In this document: in pieces, positions 49,352 to 58,015 of the stretch
Layout of the letters: each line of letters starts with the position of its first letter
Position numbering within the stretch: position 1 is the stretch's first letter
Origin: a virus
Lineage: Duplodnaviria; Caudoviricetes
DNA: 58,015 bases
Virus record (IMG/VR): IMGVR_UViG_3300032241_001687
Location: 1 to 58,015 of that record
Direction: 5' to 3' (one strand)
The notes under the pieces: model-generated
Seen by the model: the letters and a program-made list of their open reading frames with translations, nothing else
Told to the model about the DNA's origin: nothing
Database searches by the model: none
Made by a program: the position numbers and the translations under genes

Positions 49352-50680
49352 TTATCCTAAATATCTTACCATAATTACTGCACCATTAATTGGAGCAACT
49401 GTAAATGTTAAATTTGTTCCTGATAAAGTATATTCTGTAAGAGGAACTTTACATACTCCATTTACAAATACTAATATATTATAAACGTTATAATTTGCAT
49501 TTATAGTAAATACTGTTTGAGAACCTGTTCCTGTAAATGTTGACATTGAACCTAAAGTTACATTTACAAATTTTGCATTTGTTCCTACCCAACTTAAAGT
49601 TTGTTTATTAGTAGGTGGTGTTGATGATATATCAACATCAGGAAATATATCTATACTAGTGTTTGCAGAAGCAATTTGAACCCATCCACCAGAATCTGCA
49701 AAATATAAAGTTGCTAATCCCGTAATAATTCCTATTGCACCTTGATATGCAATTGCGTTTGGTAATGAACCAAAATTTGTAAAATTAAATCTTACTTTAT
49801 TTCCTGAACTTGTAACGTCTAAAATATTTGTAACTCCCGATAATGTTTTATTAGTTAACGTGTCTGTTGTTGCTCTTCCAACTAAAGTATCTGTTGTAGT
49901 AGGTAATGTTAAAGTTCCAGAATTTACAATCGTTGAAATATTTGGACTTGAAATTGTAGGACTAGTATCTAATACAACTTTTCCTGTTCCTGTTTTATCC
50001 GTAAGTTGTGTACCATTTATTTCAAATACGTTACCTGTAGCAGCAGTATCAAATGTTTTATTAGTAAGAATATCTGTTGTTGCTTTACCTATTAAAGTAT
50101 CTGTAGTAGTAGGAAGTGTTAATGTTCCTGTGTTTACAATACTTGAAAAAATTGGTGTAGTTAATGTAGGTGATGTTGCTAAAACATTATTTCCAGTACC
50201 TGTATTTGCAGTAATTGAAGTTCCGTTAATTTTAAATACGTTACCTGTAGCAGCAGTATCAAAAGTTTTATTTGTAAGTGTATCGGTTGTTGCTCTTCCT
50301 AATATAGTATCTGTAGTTGTAGGTAAAGTTAAAACAGAATTTCCACTATTAGTTAAAATTTGTGGAATCGTAGGAGAAGTTAAAGTTTTGTTTGTAAATG
50401 TTTCTACACCATTTAATGTAGCAAGAGTTGCAGGGCCATTTGGAATAACTATAGTTCCGTTATTTAAAATTGCTGATATTGTAGGATTATTTAATGTTTT
50501 ATTAAAAAGAGTTACAGTATTTAAAGTAGTAACAAAAACACCAGACGCAAGAGTTGTGCCATCTCCCATTGCAGAATAAAGCTCAGAAAAATTTGCATTA
50601 ATTTTTGTACCTGCATTACGGAGTGTATCACCCGTTCCATCATTTGCAAACGAACCTATATTTACTGATTGTCTAGTCAT
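49352..50680 (-). CDS. Baseplate tail-fibre connector-like protein (gp9/gp10-type N-terminus) with fibre repeats
   Basis: NIGSFANDGTGDTLRNAGTKINANFSELY N-terminus, then TLTLPTTTDTL repeats. Confidence 0.78.
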   Translation of the reverse strand: MTRQSVNIGSFANDGTGDTLRNAGTKINANFSELYSAMGDGTTLASGVFVTTLNTVTLFNKTLNNPTISAILNNGTIVIPNGPATLATLNGVETFTNKTLTSPTIPQILTNSGNSVLTLPTTTDTILGRATTDTLTNKTFDTAATGNVFKINGTSITANTGTGNNVLATSPTLTTPIFSSIVNTGTLTLPTTTDTLIGKATTDILTNKTFDTAATGNVFEINGTQLTDKTGTGKVVLDTSPTISSPNISTIVNSGTLTLPTTTDTLVGRATTDTLTNKTLSGVTNILDVTSSGNKVRFNFTNFGSLPNAIAYQGAIGIITGLATLYFADSGGWVQIASANTSIDIFPDVDISSTPPTNKQTLSWVGTNAKFVNVTLGSMSTFTGTGSQTVFTINANYNVYNILVFVNGVCKVPLTEYTLSGTNLTFTVAPINGAVIMVRYLG

Positions 50681-50699
50681 TTTTTAAATTTGTTTCTTA

Positions 50700-50707
50700 T
50701 ATTTATA
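50700..50707 (-). promoter_or_regulatory. T4-type late promoter TATAAATA
   Basis: Exact intergenic match upstream of 50680. Confidence 0.75.
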
Positions 50708-50714
50708 CTCATTT

Positions 50715-53321
50715 TTATGGTCTTGTGCTATCAAATGTTATTGGGCCACTTTGATAAGTAGTTTGATCCATTGTAACTTTTGTACTATCAAATTCTAATT
50801 GAGGAACTTGAATTATTATTTCAGAAGGCATTGCTAATTGAGTTTTTATTTTTCTACCTTGTAAACTATTTACTAACAACAAATCGTTTTCATTTCCATC
50901 TAAACTTGTTCCTGTTCCCGAAGTTTTAATATTTGTTAAATTAAATATACTATAATTTGTTTGCGATTGTTGTCTTGCAAACGTTCTAAAAACTTCTCTA
51001 TTAATAGTACCATAATTTGAACCTGCATAAGCATATCCTCTTACTACATAAACACTGTTGAAAAAATTTCTAATTCTTGATAAGTAAAATAATTGAATTG
51101 GAGCTCTTCTAAATGTTATGTCTCTTGTTCTTATTGAAAATTGAGTACGTCCATCTTGTATAAAATCTTGTCCTTCACCTAATAAAGGTGTTAAATTTAA
51201 AGTAGTACCATCATCAATTGTACCTAGTTTTCTTCTAAAATGAGTTAAAAATAAAGTATTAAGTATTTCAAAAATAGGAGATTGAATAACTTTAGATATT
51301 TCTCCAACTACTGGAACTCTTATAGAAGAATTTAATTTTGTTTGAATATCAATCTCGGATTCAAAATAAAATCCCGATGGGTGTATTGCTTTTATAAAAT
51401 CTTCTCTCCATTCATTAATAGAACGTGCAACTTTTAAAACGTAAGAATAATCTTGATATTTTTTATTATCTTGAATTACCATCGTACTTTCAGAAATTAA
51501 TCCTGTATTTCCAGAATACTCTCCTGTAGATGATCGTATAGAACCTATAGTAATATTTCCTTGAGCTTGACTAGAAAAACTTATATTTGCTGTAGCAAAA
51601 GATGTATTTCCAATTATTGATGATGAATTTGTAAAAGCATTAGAAACATTTTTTAAAATTAATAATCCAGTTGTTGAACTAAAACTTACAACAGTACCTG
51701 TAGGCCCATCATTTGCAGTTACTGTTTCTCCTACTATAAAATTAGATGTGACTGTTGTTAAAATTAAATTTGTTTTAAACGTTAATGGTACTTGCGTTTG
51801 CGTATAACCTGAACCTAATTCTAATATTTTTGTAGTTAAAACAGATCCAATATTTTTTCCATAACATTTTAATTTTGCTCCTACGCCTGATGAAGAAGAA
51901 ATTGTAATAGAAGGTAAACTTGTATAATTTAATCCGGGATTTGCTATGAAAATATCTGTTATGTCGCCTGATCCGCTTGCTGTTTCTTGAACTATAACAT
52001 TTCCAGCATAGTTATCGCCATCTGTAGTAGCATCTTCTAAAATAATTCTAGTTCCTGAATTATCTTGATTTGCAATTCCTCCATTTACAATTCTTACAAA
52101 TCCTGCTGCAGAATTACCTGTTGAATTGATATTATTAAAAATTAATTGATCACCAATTTTGTAATTTATTCCTGAATTATCTATTATTATTGTGTCAATA
52201 CTTCCTGAACTTAATATATCTGTTTCAATTAAAGCGTTATTTCCTGTATTAACATCAATTAATTCATTTAAATTATATAATGAACCAGAATCTGTAATTG
52301 TTACTTGTGTAGGAATTCCTTGTACAGTTGCAAAAATATAATTATCATCTGTATCTGTTGCCGTTCCTCTTACGGTTTCTCCCACAATAAATGTACCATT
52401 TATATTATTAGAATCTAATACTAATTCTGTTATTATTTGGCCAGCAACTATAATTTTTGTAATTGATTCTACAATTGCTGTTGCAAAAGAATCTATACCA
52501 TATATTTGTCTATTAATTAAATTATAGGTATCACCTATGTTATCTAATACTCGTATAATATTATTTTGCTTCCATATACCATCTGATGCTCTTAATATAT
52601 TATCTCTAGGATATGTTGTTTCTGCTTTTTCGTTAAATAATATTCTAAAAAATATATCATTACCAACTGATGTTCCTTTTAGATTATAAAGATAATAGGC
52701 ATTTTTTAATAATGATCTTTTATTAACATTTGATTGTAATCCTTCAGGTAAAGTGTTTAATAATTCATATCTAAAATGAGTTAAAAAACTATCTAACGTA
52801 TTATCTACATCTCTAAGATTTAAAAGTTGTTGAATGTTTGTAACTGGATTTGGTTTATAAGTGTTTATTACTGCAGAAGCATTTGATGATAGTCCTAATA
52901 TAATTTCGTTTTGCAAAAATTTATCTTGTGCTAATATAAAAATTTTACCTGTGTTTGTTGAAAGATTAATATCTACTGATAAAACTGTAGAAGTAGCACC
53001 TGATGTTTGACCTTGTATAATTTCACCTATTGTAAATTTTCCATATGAAGAACTTTCATAAATTAATTTTTCTCCAGCATCTTTTAAAGTAACTTCTGAT
53101 TGTACTCCAGAGGCATCTAATAATAATAAATTTGATTGTCCTGTTTGAGATTCTAATTGTATACCATCTGTTGTTTGAACATCTGTAACTTCTAATAAAG
53201 AAGCCTCCATAAACGTATAATACGCTTTTAAAAATTCTACAAATTTTGGGTGATCTTCTACTACAAATTCAGGTAATTGAGTAGTAACTAAATTTGATAT
53301 TTTTTGATTAAAAAATGCCAT
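50715..53321 (-). CDS. gp7: Baseplate wedge initiator (T4 gp7-like)
   Basis: QLPEFV..HP.FV.FL.AYY.FME, Y..KGT...FFRILF, IQD..YQDYSYV and HPSG; follows gp6. Confidence 0.82.
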   Translation of the reverse strand: MAFFNQKISNLVTTQLPEFVVEDHPKFVEFLKAYYTFMEASLLEVTDVQTTDGIQLESQTGQSNLLLLDASGVQSEVTLKDAGEKLIYESSSYGKFTIGEIIQGQTSGATSTVLSVDINLSTNTGKIFILAQDKFLQNEIILGLSSNASAVINTYKPNPVTNIQQLLNLRDVDNTLDSFLTHFRYELLNTLPEGLQSNVNKRSLLKNAYYLYNLKGTSVGNDIFFRILFNEKAETTYPRDNILRASDGIWKQNNIIRVLDNIGDTYNLINRQIYGIDSFATAIVESITKIIVAGQIITELVLDSNNINGTFIVGETVRGTATDTDDNYIFATVQGIPTQVTITDSGSLYNLNELIDVNTGNNALIETDILSSGSIDTIIIDNSGINYKIGDQLIFNNINSTGNSAAGFVRIVNGGIANQDNSGTRIILEDATTDGDNYAGNVIVQETASGSGDITDIFIANPGLNYTSLPSITISSSSGVGAKLKCYGKNIGSVLTTKILELGSGYTQTQVPLTFKTNLILTTVTSNFIVGETVTANDGPTGTVVSFSSTTGLLILKNVSNAFTNSSSIIGNTSFATANISFSSQAQGNITIGSIRSSTGEYSGNTGLISESTMVIQDNKKYQDYSYVLKVARSINEWREDFIKAIHPSGFYFESEIDIQTKLNSSIRVPVVGEISKVIQSPIFEILNTLFLTHFRRKLGTIDDGTTLNLTPLLGEGQDFIQDGRTQFSIRTRDITFRRAPIQLFYLSRIRNFFNSVYVVRGYAYAGSNYGTINREVFRTFARQQSQTNYSIFNLTNIKTSGTGTSLDGNENDLLLVNSLQGRKIKTQLAMPSEIIIQVPQLEFDSTKVTMDQTTYQSGPITFDSTRP

Positions 53322-53323
53322 GA

Positions 53324-55231
53324 CTAATTACTTCTGGACGTTGTAACTACTCCTGTAGTAGTAACAGATGAACCTCCAACATAAGTATTTTTTTCAACAG
53401 TTATATTTGAATTTACAAAATCTATTTCAACTACTTGATCTCTAACCGGAACTATATCATTTGAATAAGGTTTAACAGTAACTTCAAAGTAATCATTACT
53501 TAAATTGTTTATAGAAGAAACACTTGTAACATTTAAATTATTAATTTGAACTGTACCAGTTGTATAATCAATTGTACCTTGAGTTAAATTTTTATAACTA
53601 ATTGCAGATGTTGAACCTGATGATGCTACTAAAGTATATAATCTAATATTTCCATTACCATCATCATTTAAATAATATGTATTAGTAGTATCGCCATTAA
53701 TCATAAATCCAGTAGAAGATAATATTCCACCATTTATTGAATTATAACCAACAACAGGATTATATAAAGTATTTCTAAAATAACATGTATAAGATGAAGT
53801 ATTTCCTAAAGAAGGAGTTACCCTTTGTTTTATAAGAAGTGTTGTTATATTTGAATCTATACTCGTATCTGTTTCATCTATTAATCTTGTTACTTTAGAA
53901 TAACGAAATACAGAATCAAATCTTTGTAAAGTATTATCGTTATAATCATTTAAGTTTGAAAGTACCAGAGAAAGAATACTATCAGAAGTTTTAGAAGTTA
54001 ATGCTGCATTATATAATATAGTACTTGTTAAAACTACATATGTTGTTGTAGGTTCTACTATAACTGGTCTGATTGAAGCTATGTTATAATTTTTTAAAGC
54101 ATTTGTGATTAATGTTTGTGCGCCAACTGTTAATGATTGATCATTATCTAATTTGATTGCAATTTTTACAGTTCCATAATTCGGATATTCATCATTTTCT
54201 CCTCCCCATGCTTTTATTGAAATAGCAGCAGGAACTAATTTTTTAGTTAACGCTTCATAATCATAATATGTTACTGCTCTATTTTGAGTTCCATAAAATA
54301 AAGGAGCATTATATCGAACAGATTCTTTTGATTCTGCTAATGCACCACCAAATGAATTTGTAACAGTAGTTACAGTTATATTTGAATAACCTTGAATTGC
54401 ATTATTAATAGTAAATGTAGTTGCACCATTTGATAAGGTAGCATTTGTAACTATATATTGTAAAATAATAATATTTCCATCATCTAAACTTTTTCCAATT
54501 ACATTATCACCAAAATAAATTCTAAATCTACCATCTTCCGTTTCTTCTTTTAAATAAATTAAACTATCTGGCCCTACATCTGTATCAGGATAAAAAATTG
54601 TGCTTGCTTGAATTGCATTAACATCTAATTCTGAAAAAATTCTTACTGTTGTATCAGTAGCACTGGTTTGTACAGCTACATTTAAAGTTGACATATCAGC
54701 ATATATGCTTGGAATGATAAATTTTTGATCAGGATCTGTAGAATTTACAATATAACGATATGTTACTAGTGTACCTTCGTAAATATTTACATTATTAAAA
54801 GAATAAACTCCATTTACAATTGTTGCATCAATATCTTCTATAGTTAGATATTGAAAATTTACACCATTTACTGTAGTTGAAAAAGATGTTCCAGCGGGCA
54901 TAGTTAAAGAAGAACCTGTTGCTCCATTAACTACTACATTAATTTGAGCAGTAGGTGCAGTAACCGATGAAGGAACATATCCTAAACCTTTTGCAATTGA
55001 AACAATATTTTTTCTTATATCTGCACTATCCAAATACATTTCATTTGCTAACATGTTAGCGTTATAACCAAGATAGTGTGTATTGTAAGCTAATATATCT
55101 AAAAGAACTGACATACCAGAACCTTCAAAATTATAATCTGAAAATTCTGTTTGATTTTGTAAAAATGTTTTAAGATTTGCTCTTATTGCATCAAAATCAA
55201 AATCTGATACTTCTAATTTAGTACTTGCCAT
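53324..55231 (-). CDS. gp6: Baseplate wedge subunit (T4 gp6)
   Basis: DFDAI..NLK.FL, DYNFEGSG.SVLLD.LAYNTHY, QNRAVT..DY and AWGGE. Confidence 0.93.
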   Translation of the reverse strand: MASTKLEVSDFDFDAIRANLKTFLQNQTEFSDYNFEGSGMSVLLDILAYNTHYLGYNANMLANEMYLDSADIRKNIVSIAKGLGYVPSSVTAPTAQINVVVNGATGSSLTMPAGTSFSTTVNGVNFQYLTIEDIDATIVNGVYSFNNVNIYEGTLVTYRYIVNSTDPDQKFIIPSIYADMSTLNVAVQTSATDTTVRIFSELDVNAIQASTIFYPDTDVGPDSLIYLKEETEDGRFRIYFGDNVIGKSLDDGNIIILQYIVTNATLSNGATTFTINNAIQGYSNITVTTVTNSFGGALAESKESVRYNAPLFYGTQNRAVTYYDYEALTKKLVPAAISIKAWGGENDEYPNYGTVKIAIKLDNDQSLTVGAQTLITNALKNYNIASIRPVIVEPTTTYVVLTSTILYNAALTSKTSDSILSLVLSNLNDYNDNTLQRFDSVFRYSKVTRLIDETDTSIDSNITTLLIKQRVTPSLGNTSSYTCYFRNTLYNPVVGYNSINGGILSSTGFMINGDTTNTYYLNDDGNGNIRLYTLVASSGSTSAISYKNLTQGTIDYTTGTVQINNLNVTSVSSINNLSNDYFEVTVKPYSNDIVPVRDQVVEIDFVNSNITVEKNTYVGGSSVTTTGVVTTSRSN

Positions 55232-55232
55232 G

Positions 55233-55658
55233 TTATCTTAGTCTTTCTAAAAATGTTTCTACTACTACTGGTTCCGAACTACCTATAATATAAAAGGTGG
55301 TAGTTAAATTATAAGAGTTATTATCAATATCGGGATTTGCTAATATCTGAACTAATTTAATTCTTGGTTCAAAATTAACTAAAACTTCTTGTACTTTTCT
55401 TTGAAGATTTAAAGCAGTTAGTGGAGTTATATTTTCAAATAATAATAATCTAACATCTGAACCAATTTCAGGATGGAACGGTCTATCTAAATGCGATGTG
55501 TTTATTAAATTTCTAACACTTCTTTTAACTGCTTCAACGTCCGTTAATTTATTAATATCATTTGTAACTACATTTCTTCCAAAATCTAAATCCAAATCAA
55601 TATACTGTCTTGTAATACGGTTACTATTATTAGTTAAAGAAGCATCGTAATTTGGCAT
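55233..55658 (-). CDS. gp25: Baseplate wedge subunit (T4 gp25)
   Basis: AVKRSVRNL, RPFHPEIGS and NFEPRI. Confidence 0.92.
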   Translation of the reverse strand: MPNYDASLTNNSNRITRQYIDLDLDFGRNVVTNDINKLTDVEAVKRSVRNLINTSHLDRPFHPEIGSDVRLLLFENITPLTALNLQRKVQEVLVNFEPRIKLVQILANPDIDNNSYNLTTTFYIIGSSEPVVVETFLERLR

Positions 55659-55663
55659 GTGTA

Positions 55664-55671
55664 TATTTATA
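55664..55671 (-). promoter_or_regulatory. T4-type late promoter TATAAATA
   Basis: Exact match 5 nt upstream of the gp25 ATG. Confidence 0.7.
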
Positions 55672-55691
55672 ATGTTTTTTAAAGTTTAATA

Positions 55692-56129
55692 TTAAGAATT
55701 TAAATTATCTGGATCTTTACCATAAACTTTTTTATATTGCGTAACATAATCAGGAGGAGTTGGTGTTTGAAATGTTGCAGTACTTTCAGTATATTCATTA
55801 TTATGATTACACCATAATTTTATAGTATATGTTAATTTAGGTAATAATTTAACATAAGATATTTGCAAAAATTCTTGATCTTCGTGTGGTTGATAAACAT
55901 GTTTTAATCCTTCAACAATTGGCCATTTTTTTGTTGCAATAATTTTTTCATTAAATATAATATCAAAACCATAAGATAAATCATCAAATTCTACTATACT
56001 ATTTGTTTCTGAATAAAATCCTATTTTAACTGTAATAAAATCCCAATAAGGATCATCAGGATTTAAATTGGGTATACTAATTGACCATTTAGATGTATCT
56101 TCATTAAATTTTGCAACTATACTACTCAT
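55692..56129 (-). CDS. Hypothetical protein (145 aa)
   Basis: Start coupled to the upstream stop (TAATG). No family recognised. Confidence 0.55.
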   Translation of the reverse strand: MSSIVAKFNEDTSKWSISIPNLNPDDPYWDFITVKIGFYSETNSIVEFDDLSYGFDIIFNEKIIATKKWPIVEGLKHVYQPHEDQEFLQISYVKLLPKLTYTIKLWCNHNNEYTESTATFQTPTPPDYVTQYKKVYGKDPDNLNS

Positions 56130-57016
56130 TATCTTATCCTATATCTTATTATAACTAAACCTTGTTGACTATTTGCATTTCCATAATTTCCACCATTAAA
56201 TGCTTGTATTGTAGAATCACTGGATTGACCACACGAACCTCCATTTGTGCCTGCAACTATTGTAGTTGCATAACTACTTCCGCCGGCACCACCTGTTTGA
56301 CCGCAACTATCATTTCCTGAATTGTTTCCAGCTAACCCTCCCCAAAAACCTCCACCTCCTCCACCGGCACCACTTTCATCTACTGGTGCATAAGCGCCAC
56401 CATCGCCTCCGTTATAATTTCCTGTATTTCCTCCAGGTGATCCTGGTGGGCCATTTCCACAAGATCCTGAACTACCTCCTGAATCTCCGCCTCCACCTGC
56501 GCCGCCTCCTCCGTCTTCTCCTGAACCTGCACCACCTCCTCCTGCGGCACACCAAATACATGTACTACCTCTAAAAAGATGGCAACCACCTCCTCCAGCA
56601 CCTCCGGAACAAGAACAACCACTTCCTCCTGCACCCCAACTATTTCCTCCTCTTCCATATCCGCTTCCACCGCCTGCTTGACCACCATTAATACAACCAC
56701 CGTTTCCGGCTCCACCTCCACCTCCAACATAAACATTTAATGTATCATTTAAACTAACAGGTAAAGCTGCGGTTCTTGCAAAAGAACCTCCACCTCCATT
56801 TCCACCTCTTCCTCCTGCACCACCAGCAGCACCCCAACCAAAAACATCAACTGTTGCTCCTGTTGGAGCAGCTTGTGTAATTGTAAGTGTTGAATTTGAT
56901 GTAAATGTATGAACGTTAAATGTTTGTAATCCTATTGTTTGTGTAGAAAGAGAACCACCAGTAGCATTTACAAAAATTAAACCCCCAGCACCTGCTAATA
57001 AATTATATATTGTCAT
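56129..57016 (-). CDS. Glycine-rich adhesin-like protein (295 aa)
   Basis: WGAAGGAGG, VYVGGGG and AAGGGG runs, C-terminal GLVIIRY, and several Cys within the Gly tracts. Confidence 0.72.
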   Translation of the reverse strand: MTIYNLLAGAGGLIFVNATGGSLSTQTIGLQTFNVHTFTSNSTLTITQAAPTGATVDVFGWGAAGGAGGRGGNGGGGSFARTAALPVSLNDTLNVYVGGGGGAGNGGCINGGQAGGGSGYGRGGNSWGAGGSGCSCSGGAGGGGCHLFRGSTCIWCAAGGGGAGSGEDGGGGAGGGGDSGGSSGSCGNGPPGSPGGNTGNYNGGDGGAYAPVDESGAGGGGGGFWGGLAGNNSGNDSCGQTGGAGGSSYATTIVAGTNGGSCGQSSDSTIQAFNGGNYGNANSQQGLVIIRYRIR

Positions 57017-57024
57017 ATATTATC

Positions 57025-58015
57025 CTAATAATAAAATACTATAACTCCAGGACCACCATAACATGCTTCATCACCTCCATGTCCGTACCAATATAAACCA
57101 TCTTGTGTTAAATCAGGATCGAAAAAAAATGCAGGTTGTCTTGCTGATCCTGTATAAGTTGCTGCCATAATTAAACTTGGGTGCAAATAACCTGATCCTC
57201 CACCTCCTCCGCCCATCGAATTTCCATTTGTATAAGCACCAGAACCTCCACCATAATAACCACCACCTCCACCACCACCATAAGGATTAGCATTTTGAAA
57301 TGTACCACCTTGACCTAGTGATCCTGCTTGACCATTATTTGCACTATTTCCTGTACCTGCAGTACCACCTGAAGATTGTGTACCTCCTTGACCTGCAGGG
57401 CCTGAACCTCCAAAACCAGTTGTATATAGATTTAGTGCTGCTGTTCCTCCTACTAATCCACCACCTGGGCCTCCATTATTTAAAGAATAACCATTACATG
57501 AACCTCCTCCTCCGCCACCTCCTGCATACATACATGGCGAACTACTAATTGATGGAACAATAATACTAGAAGAACCACCTCCTCCAGAAGCATATCTATT
57601 ATCTGCATTACTTGTTGCAGATGAACCTCCATCTGGAAATGAATAATGTGGATTATTATCAGGTGTAAGTCCTCTTTCACCAGGTTTTATTGTAATAGTT
57701 GTTCCAGGAACAACTGGTACAATACCATGACTAAATCCACCTGAACCACCTAAAGAACCTTGCCTCCAACCACCATACATTCCGCCACCTCCACCTGCAC
57801 CCCACATTTTTACAAATATATAATTTACACCTGTAGGAACAATCCAAGTGTTTGTAGTTGCATTAAACCAAGCAACAGATTGTTTATTCATAGGTGTTAT
57901 AATTCCATTTTGTTCTTGAAATTGAAATCCTAATACATTAAAATAAGGTCTAACTGGATATGATATAACTCCTGTTGTACCTGATGCAGTTGTTCCAAGT
58001 CCTATAGAATTAGTA
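57025..58015 (-). CDS. Glycine-rich adhesin-like protein, 5'-truncated by the window end
   Basis: The frame stays open upstream of 57891 to the window edge (TNSIGLGTTASGTTGVISYPVRPYF...). Motifs W.VP.GV..I.VKMWGAGGGG and GGGGGYYGGG. Confidence 0.75.
   Translation of the reverse strand, partial: TNSIGLGTTASGTTGVISYPVRPYFNVLGFQFQEQNGIITPMNKQSVAWFNATTNTWIVPTGVNYIFVKMWGAGGGGGMYGGWRQGSLGGSGGFSHGIVPVVPGTTITIKPGERGLTPDNNPHYSFPDGGSSATSNADNRYASGGGGSSSIIVPSISSSPCMYAGGGGGGGSCNGYSLNNGGPGGGLVGGTAALNLYTTGFGGSGPAGQGGTQSSGGTAGTGNSANNGQAGSLGQGGTFQNANPYGGGGGGGYYGGGSGAYTNGNSMGGGGGGSGYLHPSLIMAATYTGSARQPAFFFDPDLTQDGLYWYGHGGDEACYGGPGVIVFYY

Noticed and set aside
49860-50579. 239-aa plus-strand ORF
   Set aside because: It is the same antisense artefact over the Thr-rich repeats; its similarity to the ORFs at 1322 and 1760 only mirrors the sense-strand repeat.
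56266-57680. His-rich plus-strand ORFs and Glu/Val-rich alternate-frame ORFs
   Set aside because: These are frame and strand artefacts of GGT/GGA glycine runs, not RiPP precursors.
1-58015. CRISPR array, tRNA/rRNA, integrase, transposase, reverse transcriptase/DGR, or stop-codon reassignment
   Set aside because: Coding density is near complete under the standard code, intergenic gaps are short, and no such motifs or spacer-repeat structures were seen by eye.

Overview
This window is about 58 kb of the virion morphogenesis region of an AT-rich, T4-like myophage of the marine/freshwater cyanophage-pelagiphage type. All real genes lie on the minus strand, and most transcription units are headed by T4-type late promoters (TATAAATA). 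In transcription order (high to low coordinates) it holds two glycine-rich adhesin-like genes, baseplate gp25-gp6-gp7-gp9-like-gp8, a 2078-aa DUF4815/VrlC-like protein and a fibre gene. Next comes a ~9.5 kb, 13-gene, translationally coupled enzyme island (30478-39963), then fibre genes and a family of CBM/RCC1-repeat proteins, a hemO-pcyX-porin cassette, neck/terminase/tail/portal genes gp13-gp20, and further fibre genes. The island is the standout. It encodes four radical SAM (SPASM-type) enzymes, three 2OG-Fe(II) oxygenases, a JmjC/cupin and four unknown proteins. These surround a 191-aa Thr/Ser/Asn/Gly-rich protein ending in C-H-A-S-C-H-S-S-C-H-N-S-R-G-R-R. I infer this is a phage-encoded RiPP-like system that post-translationally modifies a probable virion protein. 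All family assignments come from motif recognition by eye; no searches were run.
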